Source: a virus
IMG/VR virus record: IMGVR_UViG_3300008114_000019
Span: 4,068 to 68,067 of that record
Length of the DNA stretch: 64,000 bases
Strand: one strand, 5' to 3'
Below the pieces are notes generated by a model that ran no database searches, had not been told where the DNA came from, and worked only from the letters and a program-made list of their open reading frames with translations. Shown one piece after another: positions 10,222 through 20,200 of this stretch (position 1 is the first letter of the stretch; each line of letters starts with the position of its first letter). The translations under genes and the position numbers were made by a program.

Positions 10222-10878
10222 TTACCAGTCAGTGTTTGTTGACGAAGTAGTAGATGGAGAATCAAACCCCAAATAGAAAGCCTCTTGTTCTGCATAAGGA
10301 ACTTTCTTAAGAGCCATTTCTAGTGGGTATGGTTCAATACCTTCCCAATTAAATGGTTCTTTGTCTGGAGCAGATGGAATTAATGTGTAACTAGTTTCAG
10401 TTCCCTGACCGTTACGTTTTAATTTCCATGTAAGATTTGAAATGCTTCCTGTTTCTAAAGCATATTCACGAATTGTGTTAAAGGATGATTGCTTGCTTAA
10501 TCCCATTGACCAAATTGCAACATATGGTGCTTCAATGCCATCGTCTACAACAACGTTGCAGTAAAAACGAAGACGGCCTCTCCAGCCAGCCTTTGGATCC
10601 TTACGATGCATTTCTTCAGCCCAATCACGACCTTCTGTTTCCATTGTATCTACAGCACGACGCTTGTAGTCTTTTGGATTTACGTGTTCTTTAACAACTA
10701 GTGCTAGTCCACGTTTTTCATTATAGTTAGCAGAATCTTCATCAAGTTCTTCAATGAATCTGATTTTTGCTGATTGACCATCTGCAAGTTTTAACCACTT
10801 AACTTTTGGTCCTGTACTTTCATATTTTGGTTTGTCGAGCAGGGCGTTGATATTTTTTAATCCCTTTACTACGCTCAT
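10222..10878 (-). CDS. Single-stranded DNA-binding protein (gp32-like)
   Basis: WLKLADGQSAKIRF, KRNGQGTETSY, C-terminus ending TDW; lies between primase and polymerase. Confidence 0.65.
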   Translation of the reverse strand: MSVVKGLKNINALLDKPKYESTGPKVKWLKLADGQSAKIRFIEELDEDSANYNEKRGLALVVKEHVNPKDYKRRAVDTMETEGRDWAEEMHRKDPKAGWRGRLRFYCNVVVDDGIEAPYVAIWSMGLSKQSSFNTIREYALETGSISNLTWKLKRNGQGTETSYTLIPSAPDKEPFNWEGIEPYPLEMALKKVPYAEQEAFYLGFDSPSTTSSTNTDW

Positions 10879-10902
10879 TCGTTCTCCTTTGTTTGTTCTA
10901 TT

Positions 10903-11847
10903 CTATTTTAGCATAGCGATTATAGAGTTGTCAAATCTAAATTCAAGTTTCTTTATAGATTCGTCATCCATGTCGCCAATATCCTTGTACTGCTTTTCTA
11001 ACTTTATTACACCAACACGAGAGCCAAGTTTTTCCATGAGCCTGTCTTTCATATTGCTTCCTGCTTCATCATTGTCTGCAATAACAATAATATCATTAAA
11101 ATATTTTTTAAGCAACTCTACCTGTTGACTAGATATTGTTGCTCCAAGTGTTGCAACTGCTGCAAAACCAACTTGATCTAATCGTATAGCATCAAATGAA
11201 GATTCTACAATATAAACTTTACTTGCAGTCTTTACTCGATTAAGATTAAATAATGTTTTAGATTTTGGCATACCTGGCGTATTTTTAAACTCTTTACCTT
11301 CAACAGATCTACCAACAAATCCTATCAGCATACCGTCTGGTGAGTGTACAGGTATAGTTACCATGTCTTGTTTTTCAGAATAGCCAAGATTAAACTTTAG
11401 CATAGACTCTTTAGTTATTTTTCTTTTAGAATAATAATCAATTGCTCTTTGTGACTCCATAGCCTGATTATTTAATCTTTTAATTGTCAATTCATCAAAT
11501 TGAACAAAGTCTGGTTTAACAAATAATTTCTTATTAATTTGTTTTTCAATATCCACATTTTGTTCTTTATCCTTAATAAATCTCACAGATTCAAAATATG
11601 TTCTACCTGTAGAATGCATAACAAATTCAATTAAGTCAGATATTTTGTTACAAGAAAAACAAAAGAACATGCCAGTATTCATATTTACTTCACCTGCTGG
11701 AGTTCTGTGATTATTATGAAATGGACAAAATACAATAAATTCAGAGCCTACTTCTGACTCAATATTTAAACCTGATCCCTCAATGACTCTTTCGATTTGC
11801 TCTTTTGTGTATATATTGGTGTTGCCTGACTTATTCCGTCTATCCAT
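10903..11847 (-). CDS. dnaG: DNA primase (Zn finger + TOPRIM)
   Basis: CPFH...CFSC zinc finger; IVESSFDAI, ATLG, ADNDEAG, KDIGD TOPRIM motifs. Confidence 0.9.
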   Translation of the reverse strand: MDRRNKSGNTNIYTKEQIERVIEGSGLNIESEVGSEFIVFCPFHNNHRTPAGEVNMNTGMFFCFSCNKISDLIEFVMHSTGRTYFESVRFIKDKEQNVDIEKQINKKLFVKPDFVQFDELTIKRLNNQAMESQRAIDYYSKRKITKESMLKFNLGYSEKQDMVTIPVHSPDGMLIGFVGRSVEGKEFKNTPGMPKSKTLFNLNRVKTASKVYIVESSFDAIRLDQVGFAAVATLGATISSQQVELLKKYFNDIIVIADNDEAGSNMKDRLMEKLGSRVGVIKLEKQYKDIGDMDDESIKKLEFRFDNSIIAMLK

Positions 11848-12092
11848 TCACTCTTTCTCTTTCCTACATATATTCCGTATATTGTTAGTTCAAATTCAAA
11901 ACTTTTGGCTTTTAGATTATAGTCTATCGTAAAGTCAGGTTCTATGTCAAATTTTGGCACGTAACCAGATAGCCTCATCTCTGATACTAGTAGTTTTACA
12001 TATTCAGACTTAAGCCTTTCAATGGCTGCATCATCGTGTATGGTTCCACTAAGGTTGAAATGCTTAATAGGCTTATGATGATAATTGTCCAC
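11766..12092 (-). CDS. Hypothetical phage protein
   Basis: 108-aa ORF with a GTG start 5 nt after TATAAT. Confidence 0.6.
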   Translation of the reverse strand: MDNYHHKPIKHFNLSGTIHDDAAIERLKSEYVKLLVSEMRLSGYVPKFDIEPDFTIDYNLKAKSFEFELTIYGIYVGKRKSEWIDGISQATPIYTQKSKSKESLRDQV

Positions 12093-12098
12093 ATAATA

Positions 12099-13325
12099 TT
12101 ATAACTGCTTATCTTCATAATCTTTATATCTATAGTATCCCTTATCAAAGTCTACCTGAACTAAGAACTCACCCATAAATCCATTTCTGTTCTTTCTAAA
12201 AGCACACTCAATAATGTCGCTATTAGATGCACGACCTAGAGCCATAACCCAATCAGCATCATACGCAATTTGTCTAGACCATGCAGTTTGACCCAATGTA
12301 GGAACACTGCTTAAATCATTTACATCATCTGGAGTTGCAGAAGATATTGCAATAATAGGGATCTCCTCACCAATAGCCATGAGTTTCAATTCTCTTGAAA
12401 GGTTTTTCATTCGTACCGTTTCGTTATCAGACCTTTGGTTTGGACTCATTAATTGTAAATAATCTACAATAACAAAGTCTGGTTTATATTGATCTATTTT
12501 GCCACGTAATACTGATGGATTGATTTCTCCACCACTATCGTTTGAAATAATATGAAACTCTGGTTTTCCTGAAATCTTATTTGCATGCCATTTATTAAAC
12601 ATATCAAGTTCAATCTCGCCCTTACTTAATTTTCTATGTGACCAAAGTCCTTCGCCCATTATTGTGTAAACACGATTTCTAACTTCTGCCTCACCCATTT
12701 CCAGAGATATGATCAATGGAGATTTGCCTTGTTTCCAGGCCTGTACGGCAAAATACAGGGCTAACCAAGACTTACCTATACCTGGGTATGCAAGAAAAAC
12801 CCCTAGTTGTCCTGGCATAATTCCTGACGGTAAATAGTTATCAAAACCTGGAAGTCCAGTGGTAATTCCTACTAAACCAAGTTCTTGTTGTTTTTTAAGA
12901 TTTTCAAAATATGCAATTGCTGATTGTAAGTCTGTAACATCAATATCACGTATTGCAGATGTATTCTTTTTTAATTCTGAGGTTTTTGTAATAAGATTAT
13001 TTAATGCTTCAGCACCCTTATTATCTGAAACATCAGAAGCAGCAGATCTTAATATATCTTTAAGACTATCGTTTAAATATTCTATTTGTAATTCTTCTAA
13101 ATGATGTTTGGTTGATCCTACATTTTCTGCTGGTTTAAAATCTCTAAATTTTTCTACAACAAGTGATACTGGAGGAACTGTAGAATTTTGTTCAAAATAT
13201 ATTCTAATAAAATTCCAAATGTCATTATGAGTTTTTAACAGATTATCAATATTGTTTTGAAGCAATACATGTAATTGTTTATCTTGTAGTACTGCAGAAA
13301 TTACTTTTGCTTCAACATTATTCAC
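12099..13325 (-). CDS. dnaB: DnaB-like replicative helicase
   Basis: TTGLPGFD, AYPGIGKS (Walker A), ISLEM, VIVDYLQLM, QIAYDAD, KNRNG. Confidence 0.93.
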   Translation of the reverse strand: MNNVEAKVISAVLQDKQLHVLLQNNIDNLLKTHNDIWNFIRIYFEQNSTVPPVSLVVEKFRDFKPAENVGSTKHHLEELQIEYLNDSLKDILRSAASDVSDNKGAEALNNLITKTSELKKNTSAIRDIDVTDLQSAIAYFENLKKQQELGLVGITTGLPGFDNYLPSGIMPGQLGVFLAYPGIGKSWLALYFAVQAWKQGKSPLIISLEMGEAEVRNRVYTIMGEGLWSHRKLSKGEIELDMFNKWHANKISGKPEFHIISNDSGGEINPSVLRGKIDQYKPDFVIVDYLQLMSPNQRSDNETVRMKNLSRELKLMAIGEEIPIIAISSATPDDVNDLSSVPTLGQTAWSRQIAYDADWVMALGRASNSDIIECAFRKNRNGFMGEFLVQVDFDKGYYRYKDYEDKQL

Positions 13326-13626
13326 TTAACCACTCCTTTGCTTTACGTCGTCTTTCTAGTCTTTCAAAATCATCTTTTTCTTTTTCTATTTTAGCATTCC
13401 AAATTTTTTCAGCATTATATGCAAAATAGTTCCAACTAGGATTTTGTGCTACTTTAAAATAATACTCAAGTAGATCATAGCAAGTTCCCAAACCATATGA
13501 TTCTATAAGGGCATCAGCAGACCATTGCTCTGCCCATTTATTAATTGATGGCTGTTGCCCATATCTAATCTTGTGGTGTTTAGCGTATGTTCCTAGCAAA
13601 GCCATGCGGTCTTTGCGTTCAGCCAC
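13318..13626 (-). CDS. Hypothetical protein (possible helicase loader/initiator partner)
   Basis: Overlaps the dnaB start; function suggested by position only. Confidence 0.5.
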   Translation of the reverse strand: MAERKDRMALLGTYAKHHKIRYGQQPSINKWAEQWSADALIESYGLGTCYDLLEYYFKVAQNPSWNYFAYNAEKIWNAKIEKEKDDFERLERRRKAKEWLSE

Positions 13627-13841
13627 TACTCGATTATTTCTGCTTTTGCTTCATTAATTTTTTCAGTAAGTTTACTTTCAACAAAACCATAAACTCTTTC
13701 AAATGCTTCGCTTGTAGTTTCTCCGTCTTTCTTAGAATCTACGACACCAAGATCTAATCTTAGTGATTGAAAGTTGCCTAGATTTAATGTATAACCAAGA
13801 GTAATAGAAACCTTGGTGCTATCGTTTTCTTGCATACCCAC
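13626..13841 (-). CDS. Hypothetical phage protein
   Basis: 71-aa ORF with a YTLNLGNFQSLRLD motif; RBS GGAG upstream. Confidence 0.6.
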   Translation of the reverse strand: MGMQENDSTKVSITLGYTLNLGNFQSLRLDLGVVDSKKDGETTSEAFERVYGFVESKLTEKINEAKAEIIE

Positions 13842-13850
13842 TCCTTATTG

Positions 13851-14396
13851 CTAGTTAATCGATTCGTTCCAAATTGGAATAAATCTACCATCTTCTGTCT
13901 TCGTATACTTAAGTATACCATCACCCATTCTTCTAGTCAATTCCTGTGTACTAGGAGTAATGTCGTTTGTAATAAGATTATCTTTCCTTGGTCTACCTAT
14001 ATGGTACGAAGCAAGTATATCACGTATATCTTTTACTTGTGATTCAGAATAATATGATCTTACCTGCCATCCTCTTGCCCCGCCTTTTTGTGATCCAGTA
14101 GGGAATGGTATAATACCTCTTCTCATTAAAGATGGCATATATTTTTTATGTCTATTTACAAGTTCTGCTGTTTGTCTAACAGTATATGCACGCTCTCTTT
14201 TATTTTTAAAATCAGAAATTAAACAACTTTCAATTCTATCTTTATTAATATTATATACAGACATTATTCCATTAGATTTATTAAAATGATGTATTCTTAC
14301 TAAATCACCATTAAGGAACCAAACTTTTTTATTACCAGGTATTACAGGGGCGAGATTGTATGCTTCGCTCTCAAGATTTCCTTTTCTAACAGCCAT
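13851..14396 (-). CDS. MerR/excisionase-like HTH DNA-binding protein
   Basis: AYTVRQTAELVNRHKKYMPSLMRRGIIP...RSYYSESQV winged-HTH pattern. Start reassigned to ATG 14396 after an AGGAGG RBS. Confidence 0.6.
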   Translation of the reverse strand: MAVRKGNLESEAYNLAPVIPGNKKVWFLNGDLVRIHHFNKSNGIMSVYNINKDRIESCLISDFKNKRERAYTVRQTAELVNRHKKYMPSLMRRGIIPFPTGSQKGGARGWQVRSYYSESQVKDIRDILASYHIGRPRKDNLITNDITPSTQELTRRMGDGILKYTKTEDGRFIPIWNESIN

Positions 14397-14533
14397 GATC
14401 CTCCTATAACGCTCTGTGGTGGGTTCATAAATTCTCTTACCCCACACGACATACAATATAACTCTAAGTGAAGACGTGAACTATAAAGTCTGTCAACAAA
14501 CATTCTTCCTTTACATTTTTTGCATTTTAACAT
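14342..14533 (-). CDS. Small zinc-ribbon protein
   Basis: CKKCKG ... CMSCG. Confidence 0.6.
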   Translation of the reverse strand: MLKCKKCKGRMFVDRLYSSRLHLELYCMSCGVREFMNPPQSVIGGSWLLEKEILRAKHTISPL

Positions 14534-14973
14534 TAATTAGGTATTCCAAGTGCAATGATATTTATACCAATAGAAACATTGCCACTTGTTTTAAACTTTA
14601 CAACTCCATCCACTTTTGACACTGTGACATTTTTTAAAACTACAGATACGTCATATCCAGCGGATGTTCCATCAATATTGATTGGTGTAGCAGTAACAAT
14701 TGGGGCATATTTAAATCCAGAATAACTTAAAGAAAATGGAAGTTCGTTTCCAGCATTTACCGTACTGTTATTTGCAACCTCTACATACCCGCCAACCATT
14801 CTCATTTCAGATGATTTGACATCTTGTTTTCCAGAAGAGATAGTATCTATTGTTAAATATTTATTAAGTGAAGGTGAAACCTGATTAGAAAGTGTATTAA
14901 GGGTATCTGCTATTTGATATATATACGCAACATCAAGTGGTTGACCACGATTTGGGAGAGGTATTCTAGCCAT
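14533..14973 (-). CDS. Putative tail-associated structural protein
   Basis: End of the tail block; beta-rich C-terminal domain (FKYAPIVTAT...INIIALG). Confidence 0.5.
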   Translation of the reverse strand: MARIPLPNRGQPLDVAYIYQIADTLNTLSNQVSPSLNKYLTIDTISSGKQDVKSSEMRMVGGYVEVANNSTVNAGNELPFSLSYSGFKYAPIVTATPINIDGTSAGYDVSVVLKNVTVSKVDGVVKFKTSGNVSIGINIIALGIPN

Positions 14974-14991
14974 AGTTATTCTATTATACCA

Positions 14992-15537
14992 TTAAAGGTC
15001 TTGTTCATCACTAATCAGATATGTAGCAGCATCAAAAGCCTGCTTTACCTGCGTAACCTTTTGTATTCTAAATTTCATATGTGTTGGTCCTGTGGTTGGA
15101 TATGTCATAGAATATTGAGCACCTTGTGAAGTTCCAACCCATGTCCAACTTCCCCAAGTTAATCCTGTTTTCCATTGAACATAAACATCAAAATTTTTTA
15201 TTGAAGCCTGTTGCTCTTGTAATATTTTTTCTGTAGGAGTTGGATCTGTAATTAATAGTGCTGGCATCGTCCAAGTAATAGATGCCATATGGTTTGGTTT
15301 ATCTATAGAAATATTGTGTGAAATATTTGTTGTTGATATATTATTAATATCAAAACCAACTTCATCAAAAGTACTGGTTGAACCTAATTTATATATTGGT
15401 GACCAGTGTGATGATCTATTTTTATCTTCAGAAACAACCCTATATCTTACTTGATAAGACAAACTATCATTATCTCCTATGTAGTTAGGAAGATCTTTTT
15501 TAAGAATTGTTATTTTTTTAATATTGCTATCAACCAT
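14992..15537 (-). CDS. Putative minor tail protein (FN3/Ig-like)
   Basis: YRVVSEDKNRSSHWS and ITWT patterns; tail operon position. Confidence 0.5.
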   Translation of the reverse strand: MVDSNIKKITILKKDLPNYIGDNDSLSYQVRYRVVSEDKNRSSHWSPIYKLGSTSTFDEVGFDINNISTTNISHNISIDKPNHMASITWTMPALLITDPTPTEKILQEQQASIKNFDVYVQWKTGLTWGSWTWVGTSQGAQYSMTYPTTGPTHMKFRIQKVTQVKQAFDAATYLISDEQDL

Positions 15538-16700
15538 TACTCAACATCCACACTAAATCTAAACTCTATGTAGTTGCTGGTATTAGGACTTTTAATGATA
15601 GGTAGGGAATCAACATTTCTTATTACTGAATATCCAGTTAAACCATATGCTGGATTTAAATTATTTTTGCTTTCTATTCTTAAAGCATCTATTGCTACAT
15701 AATATGAATCATCTATAGTATCTGCTACTGATACACCAGTAAGAACTTGAGCATAAACCTTAACAGTGTCAACAGACTTCCAAGGAAAACCTTGTGTTAT
15801 GTTTATATCTTTTAGTTCTTTGTTAACAACAAAATACCTGTTTACGTCAAAATCATAAGAAGAATTATCATTAACATGATCAACTCTTGCTTCCATTCTT
15901 GCATATGCACTAGGCACACTTGATGCTAAAAACTCTACTAAAATTCTGACTGCAATTTTGGAAGTATCAATATCTGGATCAGTTCCATCTTTATTTAATA
16001 CACTAAAGGCTAATCTAAGTTCGTCAGATGTAGAGTATTTGGACAAATCCATAGATGTGCCAGATAGTTGAATAAAGTTTCCTGAACCAACAAGGGAGCC
16101 TGTTGATCCAGTGAGGGTTGAAGAATTTCCTCTCATAACAATCATATTATTTAAAAATCTTGATCTTTCATTTTTAAGGTATCTAGAATCATTTAAAAAA
16201 ATAGGATTATCAGCATTGGTTTGAAAAATATCTAACTCTACTGATTGGGCATTTACGGTAAAAAAATCTTTGATTATGTTTGGAATTAAAGGATCATCTA
16301 ATGGTTCCGAAACAAAGTTTAATGTTGTAGATCCATCAATCTTCCAGTTTTCAAATTGAGTAAACGATAGTAAAGATTTGCTATTTGAGGATCCTACTAT
16401 AGGGTTAAAGCCTGCAGAGTAAATGCCAACCTCTGTTATTTCATATCTTTCTTCTGTTGGTAATTCAGCAGTAAGAACAATTTTTGATATACCGTCTTCA
16501 TTTACTATACCCTTTGAAGAAACTGGAACTCTTAGCATTTCAAAATCTAACTCAGTTTTAGATGAATAGTCTGGTAATCCTCCACTTACGTATGGCTCTA
16601 GAGGTCGTGCTCCACAACCAACTGCTATATAAGAACCATATGAGGGAATTTGTCCAAGCAAATATTTGGATATTATGCTTTTACCTTTATCAGTAATCAT
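15537..16700 (-). CDS. Putative baseplate/minor tail protein
   Basis: MITDKGK...YIAVGCG...ITEVGIYS, typical of baseplate/fibre-attachment N-termini. Confidence 0.55.
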   Translation of the reverse strand: MITDKGKSIISKYLLGQIPSYGSYIAVGCGARPLEPYVSGGLPDYSSKTELDFEMLRVPVSSKGIVNEDGISKIVLTAELPTEERYEITEVGIYSAGFNPIVGSSNSKSLLSFTQFENWKIDGSTTLNFVSEPLDDPLIPNIIKDFFTVNAQSVELDIFQTNADNPIFLNDSRYLKNERSRFLNNMIVMRGNSSTLTGSTGSLVGSGNFIQLSGTSMDLSKYSTSDELRLAFSVLNKDGTDPDIDTSKIAVRILVEFLASSVPSAYARMEARVDHVNDNSSYDFDVNRYFVVNKELKDINITQGFPWKSVDTVKVYAQVLTGVSVADTIDDSYYVAIDALRIESKNNLNPAYGLTGYSVIRNVDSLPIIKSPNTSNYIEFRFSVDVE

Positions 16701-16714
16701 TAAAATCTCCTAAG

Positions 16715-17209
16715 TTATATTGTATCATAGTAACCAGTTCCTGAAATTAAAATATTTACCTCTACCTGCTCATCACTTTCTATATTTATTAATTCTATAA
16801 CTAAGTTTTCAGTAGAAGGGTCTATATATATGTTTTCACCATTTGAGCCATTACCAACATCTGGCACCTTTTTGCTTAAATCAATTGTAAAGTTTTTAAA
16901 ATATTCATAAGATGTTCCAGACACAGGGGCCATTGTGTATGAGTTATAGTTTTGTAAAATTTTATTATTATTTTGTATGTTTTCATGTAAAAGCGTAGAT
17001 CCAAAAACAGTATCATTTCTATCAATATTAATGATTTCTTGACTACCAATTTCTTCAAATATAATGCTAGACATTATATCTATAGATACTTCTTGATCTC
17101 CAACAATGATGTATTGAGGATCTGCAACTTTAACCAATGAATTATTATTTTTAGGATCATAAACTATCTGTGGTGTATTTGGGGTTGCGTCACTCATCTG
17201 ATACCTCAT
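16715..17209 (-). CDS. Putative minor tail protein
   Basis: Tail operon position; the true start is probably MSDAT. Confidence 0.5.
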   Translation of the reverse strand: MRYQMSDATPNTPQIVYDPKNNNSLVKVADPQYIIVGDQEVSIDIMSSIIFEEIGSQEIINIDRNDTVFGSTLLHENIQNNNKILQNYNSYTMAPVSGTSYEYFKNFTIDLSKKVPDVGNGSNGENIYIDPSTENLVIELINIESDEQVEVNILISGTGYYDTI

Positions 17210-20200
17210 AACAGTATATCTTCATTGTTGGACCATTTGAAGATCTTGAATATGTAATATTATATACAACAAATCTTTTATCTTCTGCTGCTATAACATT
17301 TTCTCCATTTATATCTTTATAATATACACTTATTAAATCTCCCAATTGAATTATTGGTGTAGCAAATATATCTAAACTAATTGCATTTTTAGGATCTATT
17401 GTTTTATCAATAATCCAACCAAGCAACGACTCTGCCTCATCATGTGATTGTACATAAGGAACATCAATGGTAAACTCTTTTGTTCCATATTTTGATTTAC
17501 TATTTTTTAATTTGTTATATTTATTTTTTAATTTAACGTTTGATTGTATTGTTGCATCATCTAAATATTGTGTTTTAATATTGTTTGAATTTTCTTTATA
17601 GTAATCTTCTACTGTTAATGTATTATTAGTTGACTGAGTAAAGGCAACACCTTGAATTCTTAAATAGTTTCCAGATGTTTCATCTAAAGATAAGGCTGTG
17701 TCTGTAGCATTAAAAATTAAAAATTCTGCCCCATATGCGTCTGGCACAAACCCTGAAACGGTGTATCCTTTAATTTGATTAAATGTTGGAGAAATCCTTG
17801 AATATAGTGCTGGATATGCTTTATCAAACTTAATATTAAAATAAGCACACTCTCTCATAATTGATCCAAATTCGTCAAAGTAAAAATTATAAGATGGTGG
17901 CTCTGCTGGACTAATTCCAGATAAATGTGTAGATTGAACAACTGAACTAAGAGCGTGTTTTCTAAATGCTTCGTTAGAAGTTATTTCTTGGTTATCAAAT
18001 ATTTTATTAAATGGAACATCTAGACTTTCTGTCATATTTTTTGAATAGTTGCTGCCAAGTGCAAATATATTTTCAAACATAACTTTGGATGTTCCTCTAG
18101 TAAAAACACACATATTGTTATAAATTGGAAGAGGATTTGTATCATCTACTATAGCAACGATATTATTATTTATATATAGGTAAAACTTTCTTGTTTGGTT
18201 TATATCTAAATACTCAACTGCTATATCATATACTGTTGAATTTTCTTCTCCTGTCATTCTATATTGACCAGTAAAGTTACCGTCGTCTACCAAAATATTT
18301 GTTGACCCAGACCAAAGTTTAACTGGTACGCCAAGGGTACCCTCGCTATCCTTTCCTATTTTATAAAATAACAAATTGGCAATACTTGATCCATTGCTAT
18401 ACTTATCTATATTATTTTCTGTTAATGCAATTATTTCAAAATAATATCCAACGTTGGTTGATGGATTAACCATAACTCCTAACCCTCCAGAACCACCACC
18501 AATACTAATATTTTGAGATGGTTCACTTCCTGGAGATACATAATATGTCATACTTCCTACAGGTGACTGACCTCTAATTTCATTATTTTCAATGTTGCCA
18601 ATTATTCTTAATCTGGTTCCAAAATGCTTAAACTTATTATTTAATGGTTTATAAACATAGTTAATATAATCAATTGGTTTTTGTTCAAAAGCAAATGCAG
18701 GGCCTGTCATTACTAAAGCAGAAGACTGAACGCTTCCAGATTTATTATTAATTGAATTTTTATCATCATATTCTGACACGTAAGAACCTGATAAAAAGTT
18801 TTTAATTTTGCTTGTTCTAGTAGTTTGCTTTGCTATATTATTATTTATTCCAGCAGGACCAACAACAACAGTTTTATCCAAATCTTTATCTGAAAACAAA
18901 TACTCAGAATACATATTGCATCCCCTTACGTTATTATTGTTAGTCCAGTATGGGTCTAGTCCTGAGTAATGATTGGTAATTTCTGTACCAAACTGTGCTC
19001 TTCCATTCTTAATAACAGCACCGCTTTTTAAAACCTTAACTCCATTTTTTTCTATATATTCTAGTTCTGTATAAATTCTTACTAATCCAGTTGGATACAT
19101 CTTTCCATTAAAAGGAAGTTGTGAAAAATAATTTTCATAATCTTGAACACTTGTTATCCAAGTATTTCCAAATCCTGAAACATTATATTCAACTGCATCA
19201 TATCTTATAACTTCTCCATTTGAATAAAAATAACCATTATAGTTTCCTAACCAATATACGTTTTCTCCAAGATCTATTGTATTGTTGATTAAAATATTAT
19301 TTTCAACCAATGGAGCAACATCAATAAGGGGAGAGGCAAGAGGTATTGCTGATAAAATATAAGAAGACATTGTGCTTGCTGATTCATTAACAGTTTTAGT
19401 ATTATTTTTACCAGATACTTCCCATAAAAGCGTTGGCTTATATACCCAAGTTTTTTCTTTATCTAAAAGGGTTGCTTGTTTTATAGAACCTAAAGTTTTT
19501 TGAATATACCTTGTTGTATAATTAATTTTTCCAGAATTTAAAACTTTTGTATCTACCAAAGATGCACTAATTATGTTTTCTTTTTTATTAACTAAGTTAT
19601 TATTTGAACCATAAACAATCATGTCTACTGACCTATCGTTTATTTTTGGAACAGTGTAGTTTTTGCTCATTACAACTAAGTCATTTTCTTCATTAAAATA
19701 CATTGCTGATTGAGAAGATACGGCTAAATCATTTAATACCTGTGCAATATTTTTTTCTTCATTACAAAAAAAGAAAGGTATTATTAGTTCTTTTTCATTA
19801 TCAACTTTTTTAAATTTATAGTTAGAAAATCCAGCATAATCTAACAAAATAGATATTGCAAAATTAACAGAAACATTGGTCAAAAATAAACTAGGAGCAT
19901 TAATTTGTTCTAAATAAAAATATAAGTCTCTAAGTTCTATAGAAGTCTTTCCATTTTTTATATCTGTTTGAGGTATATTGTCTGAATAAAACTTTTTTAA
20001 AGGTATATAGTTATAATCATTTGTTCCAGTAAACACCTCTTCATAAAAACTAAATTTAACATTGTTGTTTAAATATTGAGAAATTATGCTTAAACTGTTA
20101 TTTTTATTAAATGCCAAACTAGGATCAATAATATCTAAATTACCACCAGATGCCAATAGTTGGCCAACAGGTAAACCGTTTAAGTTTAAGTCAGATATTG

